64,000 bases of DNA from Alphaproteobacteria bacterium UBA1908 (GCA_002337525.1 DDGG01000033.1:30221-94220); one strand, 5' to 3'. Shown: positions 36,047 through 46,768, counted from the stretch's first letter. The notes: a model not told the origin generated them from the letters alone. Numbers and translations: made by a program.

Positions 36047-38119
36047 ATGTCAAATCATCGATACTTTTTCATTTTTTTGTTTTGCCTCACGACTGTGACA
36101 CTATCATCTGCAAAATCTTCCTGCTCAAAAGCCCTGGAATCCGCCTTTTCATATACAAAGCATAAAGCCGCTCAGGAATCTTTCGGGAAACAGAAATGTC
36201 CACTGGAAAGACAAATAATCACCTGGCACTTTATGAAAGAAGGGGCCCATGAGGGAGATTTCAACGCTCATAAGGCTTTTATTGAAAAACATGCTGGTTG
36301 GCCATGGATTTTTAAAATTCGTCGAGAGGCCGAAAAACGTTTGGATAAAAAAGATCTGGGACCCTCACTTCCTAAATGGTTTAAAGAGGCTGCCCCAAAA
36401 ACACTAGAGGGCGCCACAGCCCTTATCCGAAGCTATATCCAAACAGACCAAAAGAAAAAAGCTCGTCAGGCAACAAAGGATTTGTGGGTTACTCTGTCCC
36501 TTTCTTCTAAAGAAGAAGCAGTTTTTTTAAAAAGATTCAAGTCAATGCTTAATGAACAGGATTATTTTAAACGAGCGCGCTACTGGCTCAGCCAAAATAA
36601 GTCGGAACCAGCAAGTAAAGCACTCTCTTCCCTCTCTAGCGTCAGACTAAAAACAGTTATCAAAGCCCAAATTGCCCTTCTTAAGAATACAAAAAAAGCT
36701 AAAAAACTTTATCAGCATGCGTTAGGTCGCCACCCTCATGATCCAGCTTTAAAATTAAGTTATCTGCAATGGTTAAGACGCACCAACAATCCATCTGCCC
36801 CAAATTATCTGATACGTCACCCGGAAATTGATCGATATGATTGCGAAAGTGCCTGGCAAGAGAGGCATATTCTTCTGCGACGAGCCCTGGAAAACAATGA
36901 CTGGAAGCAGGCCTCACAGCTTGTAAAAGGTCATGCACTGACCCAGGGGAGCAACTATGCCTCTGCCCAATGGCTTAAGGGGTGGCTGATTTTACGACAT
37001 GATAAAAATCCTCGTGCGGCTTATAAAGTTTTTACCACAACGTATTCAAACGTTGGAACCCCTATCAGCCAGTCACGCTTCGCCTACTGGTCGGGTGTCG
37101 CCAGTGCAGCGTTCGATCCAGATTCAAGCCAGAAATGGTATGCACAGGCAGCCCAATACCCGGCGACTTTTTACGGTCAAAAAGCGGCCCTAAAACTTGG
37201 TCATTCCCATGTTCCTCCTCTTTCTTCCCTAACAGCAAGGCCTGTTACCCTCAGACGCTTGAAAAAAACCGATCTTTACAAATCAGCCGTCACTTTATCC
37301 AGGGCAAATCGCCCCAACCAAGCCCGGACTTTTTTATATATGCTCATGAAATCAACAAGCAGCAATGAAGAAGAAGACGCCGTTTTGTTTCTGACACAAA
37401 AGCTTTCACCAGAGCATCTTGTTGGCCTTGCCAAGGAAGCCTCCCCTTCGCGGAGCCTTTACTTTAAAGAATTGTACCCTGTTTTATCATCCCGTCACCA
37501 AAAAGCCCTAAAGGCTGTAAACCCTCTTCTTTTGCATGCTGTTATCCGTAAGGAAAGCATGTTTGATTCCCGGTTAGTAAGTTGGGCGAACGCCCACGGA
37601 CTTAGCCAGCTTTTACCAGAAACAGCCAAAGAAATCGCAAAAAAACTGGGCTTACCTTTTAGCAGGAAAAAGCTTCTGACAGACACAAGCTATAACACAC
37701 ATATAGGGGCAACCTATTTAGCCTCTCGTCTTGAAAAATTTCAGGGTAATATTTATCTGGGGCTTGTTTCCTATAATGCAGGCATCAAATATGCGTACGA
37801 TTGGCAAAAAATATTTGGCGATCCTCGTGAGGGCTCTATTGATATTATCGACTGGATCGAGCAACTTCCTTTCGGCGAGACACGCAACTATATTCAGCGC
37901 GTTATGGAAGGGTACAAGGTTTACCAGTGTGTCCATGATAAAAAATGTGCTTCACGCCCCTGGCCAAAAATGCCTGGAATTCAGAAATTACTTGCACCAC
38001 AGGACAAGTCAAAAAGCACAGGATCCAGACCATTACCTCGCCCGTCTCTAAAACCAGAAATTCCTCACGCTTTTAAAAACCGTCTGCCAAAAAAAACAAC
38101 CCCCGGGAAAAGGACATGA
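36047..38119 (+). CDS. slt: Soluble lytic murein transglycosylase (Slt70-like)
   Basis: Signal peptide, long superhelical N-domain, and a C-terminal SLT domain: IRKESMFDSRLVSWANAHGLSQLLPETA ... SYNAG. Confidence 0.85.
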   Translation: MSNHRYFFIFLFCLTTVTLSSAKSSCSKALESAFSYTKHKAAQESFGKQKCPLERQIITWHFMKEGAHEGDFNAHKAFIEKHAGWPWIFKIRREAEKRLDKKDLGPSLPKWFKEAAPKTLEGATALIRSYIQTDQKKKARQATKDLWVTLSLSSKEEAVFLKRFKSMLNEQDYFKRARYWLSQNKSEPASKALSSLSSVRLKTVIKAQIALLKNTKKAKKLYQHALGRHPHDPALKLSYLQWLRRTNNPSAPNYLIRHPEIDRYDCESAWQERHILLRRALENNDWKQASQLVKGHALTQGSNYASAQWLKGWLILRHDKNPRAAYKVFTTTYSNVGTPISQSRFAYWSGVASAAFDPDSSQKWYAQAAQYPATFYGQKAALKLGHSHVPPLSSLTARPVTLRRLKKTDLYKSAVTLSRANRPNQARTFLYMLMKSTSSNEEEDAVLFLTQKLSPEHLVGLAKEASPSRSLYFKELYPVLSSRHQKALKAVNPLLLHAVIRKESMFDSRLVSWANAHGLSQLLPETAKEIAKKLGLPFSRKKLLTDTSYNTHIGATYLASRLEKFQGNIYLGLVSYNAGIKYAYDWQKIFGDPREGSIDIIDWIEQLPFGETRNYIQRVMEGYKVYQCVHDKKCASRPWPKMPGIQKLLAPQDKSKSTGSRPLPRPSLKPEIPHAFKNRLPKKTTPGKRT

Positions 38120-39105
38120 AAAACGAATATTTTGTTTCTGCTTATGCAACGTCGCCTTCTTCCGGAAAATGGACCCCTTCTGCAGAGACAGTATATTTCC
38201 AGGAACTTGCCAAAAAGGCTGACATTAGTGGTATTGAACATCCCTTTTGTATAGAACCTGAAAAGTACCCCTTGTCCTGGATGATAGATAATATTCCTGA
38301 ACATTGGTCTATTATTATAACTGCTCTTCCGCTATTCATGAGTGAATCACAAAAAAACCCTTTTCTGGGCCTTGCTTCTGAACAGGAAAAATCCCGCTGC
38401 CAGGCCGTCCAGATCATGGAGAGAATTCTTTGCTATTCAAAAAAGCTTAATCATGCCTTCGATAGAAAAATAGTCAAAGCCCTTCATTTCCACTCTTTAC
38501 CCCGCAATGAGATCACCTGCCATCGTGGTAATAAAAAAGCCCTCAGAAAATCACTTTCTGAAATAAAAAACATGGATTGGCAAGGTATTGCCCTGAACCT
38601 CGAACACTGTGATGCTTATATTAACAATCAATGTGGAGACAAACAGTTTCTTCAACTCGAAGACGAGATTGAGGTCCTTACAGAAATTAATGGATATGGT
38701 CTTGTTTTAAACTGGGCTCGATCAGCAATAGAGGGACGTTCTACCCTAACACCTTTACATCATATAAAAATAGCAAAACAGGCAGACCTGCTACGTGGTT
38801 TCTTTTTCTCCGGGTGCACTGATGCCCCTGAAAGCAGGTATGGTTGTTGGCAGGATACCCATATGCCACCGTTTAACCCTCATCAGGGACCTTTCCTAAG
38901 TAATAAGAGCCTATTGGGAAAGACAGAGATAAGAGAAGTCCTCCTTGCCCTAAATGATGTCAAAACCCCAATATACATAGGGATTAAAGTTTCTGACAGA
39001 CCGCCCTCCAAAAGCGTCCCTTACAAAAGGGATCTTAATCTGAAAACGATAGGAACCATTAATCACGTTAAAAAGAGCATATTCCCGGATTCACAATCAC
39101 TCTGA
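38116..39105 (+). CDS. Hypothetical cytoplasmic protein (329 aa), translationally coupled to slt; possibly a TIM-barrel-like enzyme (weak recollection of a DUF4862-like family)
   Basis: The ATG overlaps the slt TGA (ATGA). No signal peptide. Assignment to any family is by weak memory only. Confidence 0.5.
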   Translation: MKNEYFVSAYATSPSSGKWTPSAETVYFQELAKKADISGIEHPFCIEPEKYPLSWMIDNIPEHWSIIITALPLFMSESQKNPFLGLASEQEKSRCQAVQIMERILCYSKKLNHAFDRKIVKALHFHSLPRNEITCHRGNKKALRKSLSEIKNMDWQGIALNLEHCDAYINNQCGDKQFLQLEDEIEVLTEINGYGLVLNWARSAIEGRSTLTPLHHIKIAKQADLLRGFFFSGCTDAPESRYGCWQDTHMPPFNPHQGPFLSNKSLLGKTEIREVLLALNDVKTPIYIGIKVSDRPPSKSVPYKRDLNLKTIGTINHVKKSIFPDSQSL

Positions 39106-39319
39106 AGTAAAAAACTCTCCTGAGGAACAAGCACTTAAACCTTATCAAGAGCTCCCTTTAGAAATCAGAAAGTTCTAATCCACGCCTTTTAGCTTTTTGT
39201 GAAAAGGCTAGATAGTAACGTTTTCACTTATTGTCAATATTAAAGACAAAAAATTAGAAAACGAGTTTTCATTGATGATCATAACTTTTTAGTAAGGGTG
39301 GAAATATTCACAATGCCCC

Positions 39320-42300
39320 TCAAGCAGATTTTGGGAGAAGCTCTATCCCTTCAATCAGTTTTATGCGCTCCAGTGTTTGGACACCTAAACTCAAACGATG
39401 AGGCAATTCCAGAACTAACGCCTCTTTTTCAAAACAAGGCAGAATCAGGCGTAAAGAACTCTGACCTTTTGGAATTTCATCCAGCAGGGCTTTTAACTCC
39501 TTTAAGGCTTCTTCCTGACTAATACGAAGGCTGACTTCATTTTTCATCCTGGCAATGAGCGTATCAAGCTTCCCGGCAGCCTGAACAGTAAGGCGAAGTG
39601 TATCATCCTCAACACGTCCTGTGACCGTTAGATTCAAAAGAACCCCCGGCACCAGCTCCTCCCGAATCTGGGACAGCATTTCAGAAAACATTGTCACTTC
39701 AAACTCTCCAGATGCATCGGAGAATTGAACAAAGGCATATTTATTACCTGATTTACTGAGACGTTCTTTTTTAGAAAGGACGACACCCGCAACAGAAACT
39801 GATCCAACATCTCCTTTTTCAAAAACACTTTTTAAATCGATTGACCTGGTTAATTTCAAGGCATCCAGTGCCTCTGAATAAGAATCAAGTGGATGAGCAG
39901 ATAAATAAAATCCAATGGCCTCAAGCTCTTTATTCAGGCGCTCAAAAGTTGTCCAGGGCTTAGTTGGTTTCAAAGTAACAGGAAGATCTATGCCGCTTGA
40001 ATTGGCATCTCCTCCGCCAAAGAGACTAGTCTGGTTACTTTGACGATCTTTTTTAGCTTGTCCCGCAAGTGAAATTAATTGATCAACAGACGCCATTAAC
40101 TGGGCACGATTGGGATGCAAGCTATCAAACCCTCCAGCCCCAATTAATTTCTCCAGAAAACGCTTGTTCATAACCCTGGTGTCCAGGCGCTTTGCGAAAT
40201 CAAGAGGACTTTTAAAGGGCCCCGCTTTTTCCCGTTCACGGATAACTTCTTCCGCTGCCGCAAACCCTACACTCTTGATTCCCGCAAGAGCGTATCGAAC
40301 CGCCAGTTTCCCCTCACCTGTGTCCTCAACACGAAAATCAGCATAGGATTTATTAACATCAGGCGGTAAAACCTCTATCCCCATCTTTATTAAATCTTGG
40401 CGGAAAAGGCTCAATCTATCTGTATTATTGATATCATACGTCATTGACGCTGCCATGAAATCAACTGGATGATTTGCCTTTAAATAAGCCGTTTGATACG
40501 CGATAAGGGCATAAGGTGTCGAGTGACATTTGTTGAAACCATACCCCGCAAACTTCGCAGCCTGGTCAAAAACCTGGCGAGCAATATTTTCCTTAACACC
40601 ATTCTTAAGAGCGCCCTCCATGAAAATTGATCTCTGGGCATCCATTTCACTCTTGATTTTTTTACCCATTGCACGGCGCAACATGTCTGCACCTCCCAGA
40701 CTATATCCTGCCATAACCTGGGCAATCTGCATGACCTGTTCCTGATAAACCATAACACCGTATGTTTCCTTTAGAATCTCTTCTAAAAGAGGATGAAGGA
40801 AGTTAACTTCCTCTTCTCCGTGTTTACACGATAAATAACGAGGAATATCGTCCATAGGGCCTGGACGATAAAGAGCAACCAAGGCGATAATTTCTTCAAA
40901 TGAGCCTGGTTTCAAACGCTTGATAACATCACGCATTCCGGCGCTTTCAAGCTGGAAGACACCAACAGTATTAACCTCTTTTAAAAACTCAAAGGTTTGA
41001 TTGTCATCAAGAGGAATTTTCTCCGCATCAACTTCGATGCCCCGCATTTTCAAAAGCTCTTCAGCTCGCTTGATGACCGTCAACGTTTTCAGACCCAGAA
41101 AGTCAAACTTCACCAAGCCTGCCATCTCAACATGTTTCATATGAAACTGGGTCGCTGGCATCACTTCTGTCGAGCCCGTGGTGGATTCTTTTGATTGACT
41201 AATGGCGGCTTTGTGATCACGGTAAAGAGCGACTATCTCGTCGATAGGTTGCCCCCCGATCACAATGCCTGCCGCGTGTGTTGAAGCATGACGATAAAGG
41301 CCTTCTAATTTTACTGCAATATCCAGCAAGGTCTTAATATCCGAATCATTCTCGGCCTTTAACAAAATTTCCGGTTCCTGAATCAGGGCTTCTTTTAGCG
41401 TCACAGGATTAGCCGGATTATTCGGAATCAATTTTGAAATTTCATCAACTTTTCCATACGGCATCCCCAGGACACGCCCTACATCCTTAACAACTGCTCG
41501 GGCCTGGAGCTTTCCAAAGGTGATAATCTGGGCAACATGATCGTTGCCATAGCGCTCACGCACATAATCAATCACTTCGTCACGCCGTTCCTGACAAAAA
41601 TCAATATCAAAATCAGGCATTGAAACACGTTCAGGATTCAAAAAGCGCTCAAAAATAAGGTTAAAGCGTATAGGGTCAACGTTTGTTATTGTCAAAGACC
41701 AGGCTACAAGTGACCCAGCCCCGGACCCACGTCCCGGACCCACGGGAATATTTTGGCGTTTGGCCCACTGAATAAAGTCACCGACAATTAGAAAATAGCC
41801 CGAAAAACCCATTTGCTGAATAATACCAAGCTCGTACTCGAGTCGGTCAAAGTATTGCTTTTTAATCGTTTCTTTTTCACTCTCGGAATGGTCAGGGTGA
41901 TACACTTCTTCTTGCAAACGTTTTTCAAGACCCTGAATTGCCTGATCCCGAATCTCTTCATCTTCCCCCTTGGGCGTTGGAAAAGGAGGTAACATAGGCT
42001 CTTTAGGTTCCACCATAAAAGCGCATCGTTTAGCAATCTGAATAGTATTAGCAAGCGCTTCAGGCAAATCCTCAAAAAGAGAGGCCATTTCCCGGGGAGA
42101 TTTAAAACGATAATCAGCTGTTAAACGAAAGCGGTCTTCTTCAGATTTATATGCACCCTGGGCAATACACAACAAAGTATCATGAGCTTCGTACATCTCT
42201 TTTGTTGCAAAAAAAGCCTCATTTGTTGCTACAACAGGAATCTCTTCTGCGTAAGCCATTTCAAGCAAAACAGGCTCTAACTCTGCTTCAGATGGTTCCC

Positions 42301-42862
42301 CGAATCGTTCGATTTCAATATAAAATCTGTTTTCAAAAAAATGCCTAAGACGCTTAAAATAATCGTGGGCTTCTTTCCTAAACCCTTTTTGAAGGAGCTG
42401 AGAAACGCCTCCTCGCCGTCCCCCTGATAAACAAATCAACCCCTCATGGTGCGTTTCAAGAAGTTGAAAGGGAATATGGGGAAGATAGCGCGGATCCTGT
42501 GAATAAACCTCGCTGGCAAGCTTTAGTAAATTCTGATAACCTTTTTGGTTCTGTACGTATAAAACAACATGATCAAGAGGAATTTCGCCCTCCCTGGAAA
42601 GGGTTTGATATCTTGGATCCTCTTTGTCTGGCTTGACAGATAGCTGACACCCAATGAGAGGTTGAATTCCCGCCTTTTGTGCTGCCAGAGAAAACTCCAT
42701 TGCACCAAACAAATTATTTGTATCAGTCACAGCAACAGCCGGCATATTATATTGCTGACACAGCTTGATAATGTCAGGAATTTTCAACGCACCTTCAGCT
42801 AGAGAAAAAGCCGAATGCGTCCGCAAATGTATAAAGGGAACAGATGTCATAGGTCGCTCCAT
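39320..42862 (-). CDS. dnaE: DNA polymerase III alpha subunit
   Basis: 1180 aa. PHP domain HLRTHSAFSLAEGA, PDFDIDF, GLVKFDFLGLKTLT, HhH region and a C-terminal OB fold. Confidence 0.96.
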   Translation of the reverse strand: MERPMTSVPFIHLRTHSAFSLAEGALKIPDIIKLCQQYNMPAVAVTDTNNLFGAMEFSLAAQKAGIQPLIGCQLSVKPDKEDPRYQTLSREGEIPLDHVVLYVQNQKGYQNLLKLASEVYSQDPRYLPHIPFQLLETHHEGLICLSGGRRGGVSQLLQKGFRKEAHDYFKRLRHFFENRFYIEIERFGEPSEAELEPVLLEMAYAEEIPVVATNEAFFATKEMYEAHDTLLCIAQGAYKSEEDRFRLTADYRFKSPREMASLFEDLPEALANTIQIAKRCAFMVEPKEPMLPPFPTPKGEDEEIRDQAIQGLEKRLQEEVYHPDHSESEKETIKKQYFDRLEYELGIIQQMGFSGYFLIVGDFIQWAKRQNIPVGPGRGSGAGSLVAWSLTITNVDPIRFNLIFERFLNPERVSMPDFDIDFCQERRDEVIDYVRERYGNDHVAQIITFGKLQARAVVKDVGRVLGMPYGKVDEISKLIPNNPANPVTLKEALIQEPEILLKAENDSDIKTLLDIAVKLEGLYRHASTHAAGIVIGGQPIDEIVALYRDHKAAISQSKESTTGSTEVMPATQFHMKHVEMAGLVKFDFLGLKTLTVIKRAEELLKMRGIEVDAEKIPLDDNQTFEFLKEVNTVGVFQLESAGMRDVIKRLKPGSFEEIIALVALYRPGPMDDIPRYLSCKHGEEEVNFLHPLLEEILKETYGVMVYQEQVMQIAQVMAGYSLGGADMLRRAMGKKIKSEMDAQRSIFMEGALKNGVKENIARQVFDQAAKFAGYGFNKCHSTPYALIAYQTAYLKANHPVDFMAASMTYDINNTDRLSLFRQDLIKMGIEVLPPDVNKSYADFRVEDTGEGKLAVRYALAGIKSVGFAAAEEVIREREKAGPFKSPLDFAKRLDTRVMNKRFLEKLIGAGGFDSLHPNRAQLMASVDQLISLAGQAKKDRQSNQTSLFGGGDANSSGIDLPVTLKPTKPWTTFERLNKELEAIGFYLSAHPLDSYSEALDALKLTRSIDLKSVFEKGDVGSVSVAGVVLSKKERLSKSGNKYAFVQFSDASGEFEVTMFSEMLSQIREELVPGVLLNLTVTGRVEDDTLRLTVQAAGKLDTLIARMKNEVSLRISQEEALKELKALLDEIPKGQSSLRLILPCFEKEALVLELPHRLSLGVQTLERIKLIEGIELLPKSA

Positions 42863-43126
42863 TAGCCATAGTGTATCTATAAAAGAGTCTGACTCAAATG
42901 AAAAGATGTACTTTTCAAAACTTGCCTTTTTCCAGACATTCCCTTGACTTCTAAAATATACTTCCCAAGGTTTCGAGTCCGAACAGAAACGTCGATCAAA
43001 AAGTTATCCAGCCTCTACAGCAATGACGGGAAGGAAGGAGATCAAACAATATATTATTTTGCGATATCTTTTGTAAAATAATATTTTATCAGTTATAAAT
43101 GGCCTTATTTTTTCAATATAGCTCTT

Positions 43127-44317
43127 GTGATGATAAAGAAAAACCTTTGGCACCAGCTTTCCCTTGCCTTAACCGGTGGATTTGCCATGTTTTCCATGTT
43201 TTTTGGATCAGGCAATCTTGTTTTCCCCCTCAGTATCGGGGCAGATTCATATAACTTTTTTGCTTTTGCAGCCCTGGGGCTTTTTGTCACTGGCATTTTT
43301 GTCCCTTTCCTTGGCTTAATCAGTATGGTGTCTGCAGAGGGAGACCGTAAGGGATTCTTCCGTGAAATTGGTCGCATTCCTGCTTTTTGGTTAACATTTT
43401 TGATGCTTGCCATTATGGGTCCTCTAGGTGTGAGTGCTCGTTGCATTATCGTTGCTTTTGCAGGGATAAAACTTGTTTTCCCTGTGCTTCCAGAAGTCAT
43501 TTTTTCTTTTGTCTTTTGCCTTGTCACTGGGGCATTATGTTGGAAAAAAGCATATATTGTTTCCGTTATCGGACGCTATCTAACGCCAATTCTTTTGATC
43601 TGTATTTTTTTAATCATCGGGTTTGGAATTATTGGGGCAGAACCTCTCCTTATCTCTGAAAAGTCACCAGAAACACTTTTTTATCAGGGCCTAAATCAAG
43701 GATACCAAACCATGGATTTACTTGCGGCCTTTTTCTTTTCGGCTTCAACTATTCATTTTTTAAGAAACCAGACTATCCTGGAAAAAAGTTCTCAAAGTCC
43801 TTTATTTCTGGCTTTAATAGCCAGCTTTTTTGGCATGACTCTTTTAGCACTTGTCTACGGAGGCTTTGTTTATTTAGGATCAGCCTATGCCCCTCACTTG
43901 GCAGGAGTTCCTCCTGAGCAAATGTTGACAATGATCGCAGGATTAACCCTGGGGCCATATGCTTTACCTGTCATGAGCATCACAATTGCTCTGGCATGCC
44001 TGACAACACTTATCATTCTGACGACTCTTTTTGCCGATTTCCTTTCAGAAGAAGTCTCGGATGGCGTCCTCTCTCGCAAGGTGTCTCTCTTTGTTACCCT
44101 GTTTATCAGTTTTCTTGTTTCCCTTGCAGGATTTAGCAAACTTTCAGGGTGGATTGCGACAATCCTTCTATTTGCCTATCCTGCATTAATTGCTCTTGCA
44201 ACAGGAAAAATTATTGAGCGCCTTTTTAAGATAAAACATCTTAGGATTGCCCCTATCTGTTTTTATTCTACAATGATCATCTACGGTCTTTATAAAATAA
44301 TTTTGATGATCCTTTAA
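43127..44317 (+). CDS. brnQ: Branched-chain amino acid transport system II carrier (LIVCS family)
   Basis: FAMFSMFFGSGNLVFPLSIG signature and 12 predicted TM segments. Confidence 0.85.
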   Translation: MMIKKNLWHQLSLALTGGFAMFSMFFGSGNLVFPLSIGADSYNFFAFAALGLFVTGIFVPFLGLISMVSAEGDRKGFFREIGRIPAFWLTFLMLAIMGPLGVSARCIIVAFAGIKLVFPVLPEVIFSFVFCLVTGALCWKKAYIVSVIGRYLTPILLICIFLIIGFGIIGAEPLLISEKSPETLFYQGLNQGYQTMDLLAAFFFSASTIHFLRNQTILEKSSQSPLFLALIASFFGMTLLALVYGGFVYLGSAYAPHLAGVPPEQMLTMIAGLTLGPYALPVMSITIALACLTTLIILTTLFADFLSEEVSDGVLSRKVSLFVTLFISFLVSLAGFSKLSGWIATILLFAYPALIALATGKIIERLFKIKHLRIAPICFYSTMIIYGLYKIILMIL

Positions 44318-44468
44318 AGGGGGACGCCTTCTTGGAACTGTCTTTTATCAAGAGTTGTCTCTGAAAACTTTTACAGGAATTCCTTTTTTTTAAAATCTTT
44401 TACCTTATTAGGCAATTTTCAAATTTTGTGCTATAGAAAACTATCTATTAATTTTGATCCGACACAAC

Positions 44469-45488
44469 ATGAAAAATTCAAAGCTTAAGATTTGCGATAC
44501 ATATATTCAGCCAGGTGAGTCAGCCAATCTTGCTCTCCCTCTACCTGAACAAAATGCGTGTGCGCCTCTTTTTATGCCTATCCGCGTTATACATGGAAAA
44601 GAAAAAGGGCCTTGCCTTGTGATTTTTTCACTCTTGAAAGGGAACGAGCTTAATGGCCTTGAAATCACCAACCGTGTTACACAAAAAGCGACCGAGATGC
44701 CCCTTAAGGGAACCATTATTGCAATTCCTGTCATGAATGTTTATGGGTTAACACATTATCCACGCTCTCTCCCTTCTGGAGGCCGCCTTGATCGTTGTTT
44801 TCCTGGATCAGAAGAAGGCTCTTTTGGTGAGCGAATCGCCCATGTCTTTACCGAGGAAATTCTCAAAAAAGCTGATTATGTTATTGAACTGCAAACAGGG
44901 GACTTGAATCATAATATTTTACCTCAGGTCTATTGCAATTTTGATGACCGCCCTACAAAAGAACTTGCGAAGGCCTTCCAATCCCCTGTTGTTACAAATG
45001 TTACTTTGGAAGGAAATAACCTGCGTCAAACAACAGAAGACCTGCAAATTCCTCTTATTGTTTATGAAGCTGGTGAAGCTATGCGCTTTGATGAAAATGC
45101 CATAAATCTGGGTGTTAATGGCGTTTTTAATGTTATGCGTGCTATTAATATTTTACCCAAAGAACCTACAAGTGAGATTAACCCTATTTTTTCACAAGAT
45201 GAAGAATGGATTCTGGCACATAATGGGGGCATTTTGCATCCTCTTGTTTCTTTAGGCCAGACAATTCAGAAAAATGATGTTATTGCAACTATATCTGACC
45301 CTTTTGGATCCGAACAAAATGTGACCTTGCGTGCACCACAACAAGGTGTTGTCGTTGGTATTAATACAACCCCCCTTATTCATGAGGGGCTTCCTATCTT
45401 TAAAATAGCCTCATTCCTGGATAATGACCGTGCAGAAAGCACGATTGAGGCATGGGATAAAAAACAACCTGATAGTTATATAAATTAA
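44469..45488 (+). CDS. Succinylglutamate desuccinylase/aspartoacylase (AstE/AspA, M14-like) family protein, possibly catalytically inactive
   Basis: Family layout: LPLP...PIRVIHGKEKGPCLVIFSLLKGNELNG ... ADYVIELQTG ... C-terminal beta domain. The positions I expect to hold His (HGxE, DLH) read KGNE and ELQ. ATG at 44469 (the ORF TTG is at 44454). Confidence 0.7.
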   Translation: MKNSKLKICDTYIQPGESANLALPLPEQNACAPLFMPIRVIHGKEKGPCLVIFSLLKGNELNGLEITNRVTQKATEMPLKGTIIAIPVMNVYGLTHYPRSLPSGGRLDRCFPGSEEGSFGERIAHVFTEEILKKADYVIELQTGDLNHNILPQVYCNFDDRPTKELAKAFQSPVVTNVTLEGNNLRQTTEDLQIPLIVYEAGEAMRFDENAINLGVNGVFNVMRAINILPKEPTSEINPIFSQDEEWILAHNGGILHPLVSLGQTIQKNDVIATISDPFGSEQNVTLRAPQQGVVVGINTTPLIHEGLPIFKIASFLDNDRAESTIEAWDKKQPDSYIN

Positions 45489-45499
45489 GGTTAATAAAG

Positions 45500-46768
45500 A
45501 TGGATCGCTTTACGCGCCGTGGTGTCACTGTTTGGGTGGTTTGCGCCCTGTTTTTCTTATATGAATTTCTATTAAGAACAGTTGTAGGTACATTTCAACA
45601 TCCTATCATGTATGATCTGGAACTGACTTCTTTTAAATTTTCAATTCTAAGTACGACAACGTATGTTCTGATTTATGGTTTAATGCAGGTTCCTGTTGGA
45701 TTAATTATCGAACGTTTCGGGTTAAAGAAAACCCTTCTTTTTGCGTGTTTTATTTGCGTAATTGCGACTTTCGGATTTGCATATTCAACATCATTTATAA
45801 TGGCCGTTTTCTTCCGTTTTCTAACAGGGTTTGGCTGTTCATTTGGTTTTATTTGTTTGCTTGTTTCTGTTTATGACTGGCTGCCTAAAAAGAACATTGC
45901 CTTCCTTTTGGGACTTTCCCAATTTTTTGGCACCATGGGACCAATGCTTTCAGCTGGCCCTCTGGAAAGTCTTTCTGAGTCAGGACACGTTAACTGGCGC
46001 CATGTTTTTACTCTTCTTTCAATGATTGGTTTTTTAATTAGCATTCTTGTTTTTTTCTTTGTTGAGAATAACCATGAAAAAACAGGAGGTTTTACAATTC
46101 TAAAACGTCCCGAACCTGTTCTCAAAACACTTAAGACTTTGGCATCCCAGGCACAGCCCTGGATGGTCGCTTTATTTTCAGCAGGTGCCTATTTTTCAAT
46201 TGAATATCTTTCTGAAAATGAGGGAAGAAATATTTTAATCTCCAAAAACTTTTCTCCTTCAACGTCTGCTTATGTTATTACACTGGCCTGGTTTAGTTAT
46301 GCCATAGGGTGCCCCCTGTTTGGATATTTATCAGATAAGCTGCAACGTAGACGTCTCATGATTCTCCTTACAATACTTACTTGTGTTGTTTCTATTGTGA
46401 TGATGATGTACGCAACAACCCCCCTTATGCTGGGGATAGCCTTTGTTCTACTTGGACTTGGCGGAAGTGGACAGAGTCTTGGTTTTGCCACAATTGCAGA
46501 ACACTATAAAAAACAGTACCTTGCCACAGCCCTTGGACTTAACAATGCTATTATGATGATCTTCTCATCTTTAAATGCTCCTATGATTAGCCTTTATATT
46601 GATATGATTAAAGAACCGGAAATGCTCCGCCTTACTGATTACACACATGTCCTGACAATACTACTATTCATTACAGGGGCTACTTTTATAGCGTCTTCTC
46701 TCTTTATCAAAGAAACATTCTGCAAATCGCAAATGTCATTTACGATCCTGGATCGCAAGACTTACTAA
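45500..46768 (+). CDS. MFS transporter
   Basis: 422 aa, about 12 TM segments, with MFS loop motif GLIIERFGLKKT. Confidence 0.8.
   Translation: MDRFTRRGVTVWVVCALFFLYEFLLRTVVGTFQHPIMYDLELTSFKFSILSTTTYVLIYGLMQVPVGLIIERFGLKKTLLFACFICVIATFGFAYSTSFIMAVFFRFLTGFGCSFGFICLLVSVYDWLPKKNIAFLLGLSQFFGTMGPMLSAGPLESLSESGHVNWRHVFTLLSMIGFLISILVFFFVENNHEKTGGFTILKRPEPVLKTLKTLASQAQPWMVALFSAGAYFSIEYLSENEGRNILISKNFSPSTSAYVITLAWFSYAIGCPLFGYLSDKLQRRRLMILLTILTCVVSIVMMMYATTPLMLGIAFVLLGLGGSGQSLGFATIAEHYKKQYLATALGLNNAIMMIFSSLNAPMISLYIDMIKEPEMLRLTDYTHVLTILLFITGATFIASSLFIKETFCKSQMSFTILDRKTY

Noticed and set aside
39106-39319. Hairpin GCCTTTT-N11-AAAAGGC, considered as the terminator for dnaE or the 329-aa gene
   Set aside because: No flanking T-run in either orientation, and the stem is short and A/T-rich.
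42969-42984. tRNA-like T-loop string GGTTTCGAGTCCGAAC upstream of brnQ
   Set aside because: The flanks cannot form a T-stem (CAAGG versus CCGAA). There is no acceptor stem or anticodon arm. It is a chance resemblance or at most an unrecognisable remnant.
43105-43527. 140-aa minus-strand ORF overlapping the brnQ start
   Set aside because: It is antisense to the conserved BrnQ N-terminus and is a basic low-complexity peptide. A shadow ORF.
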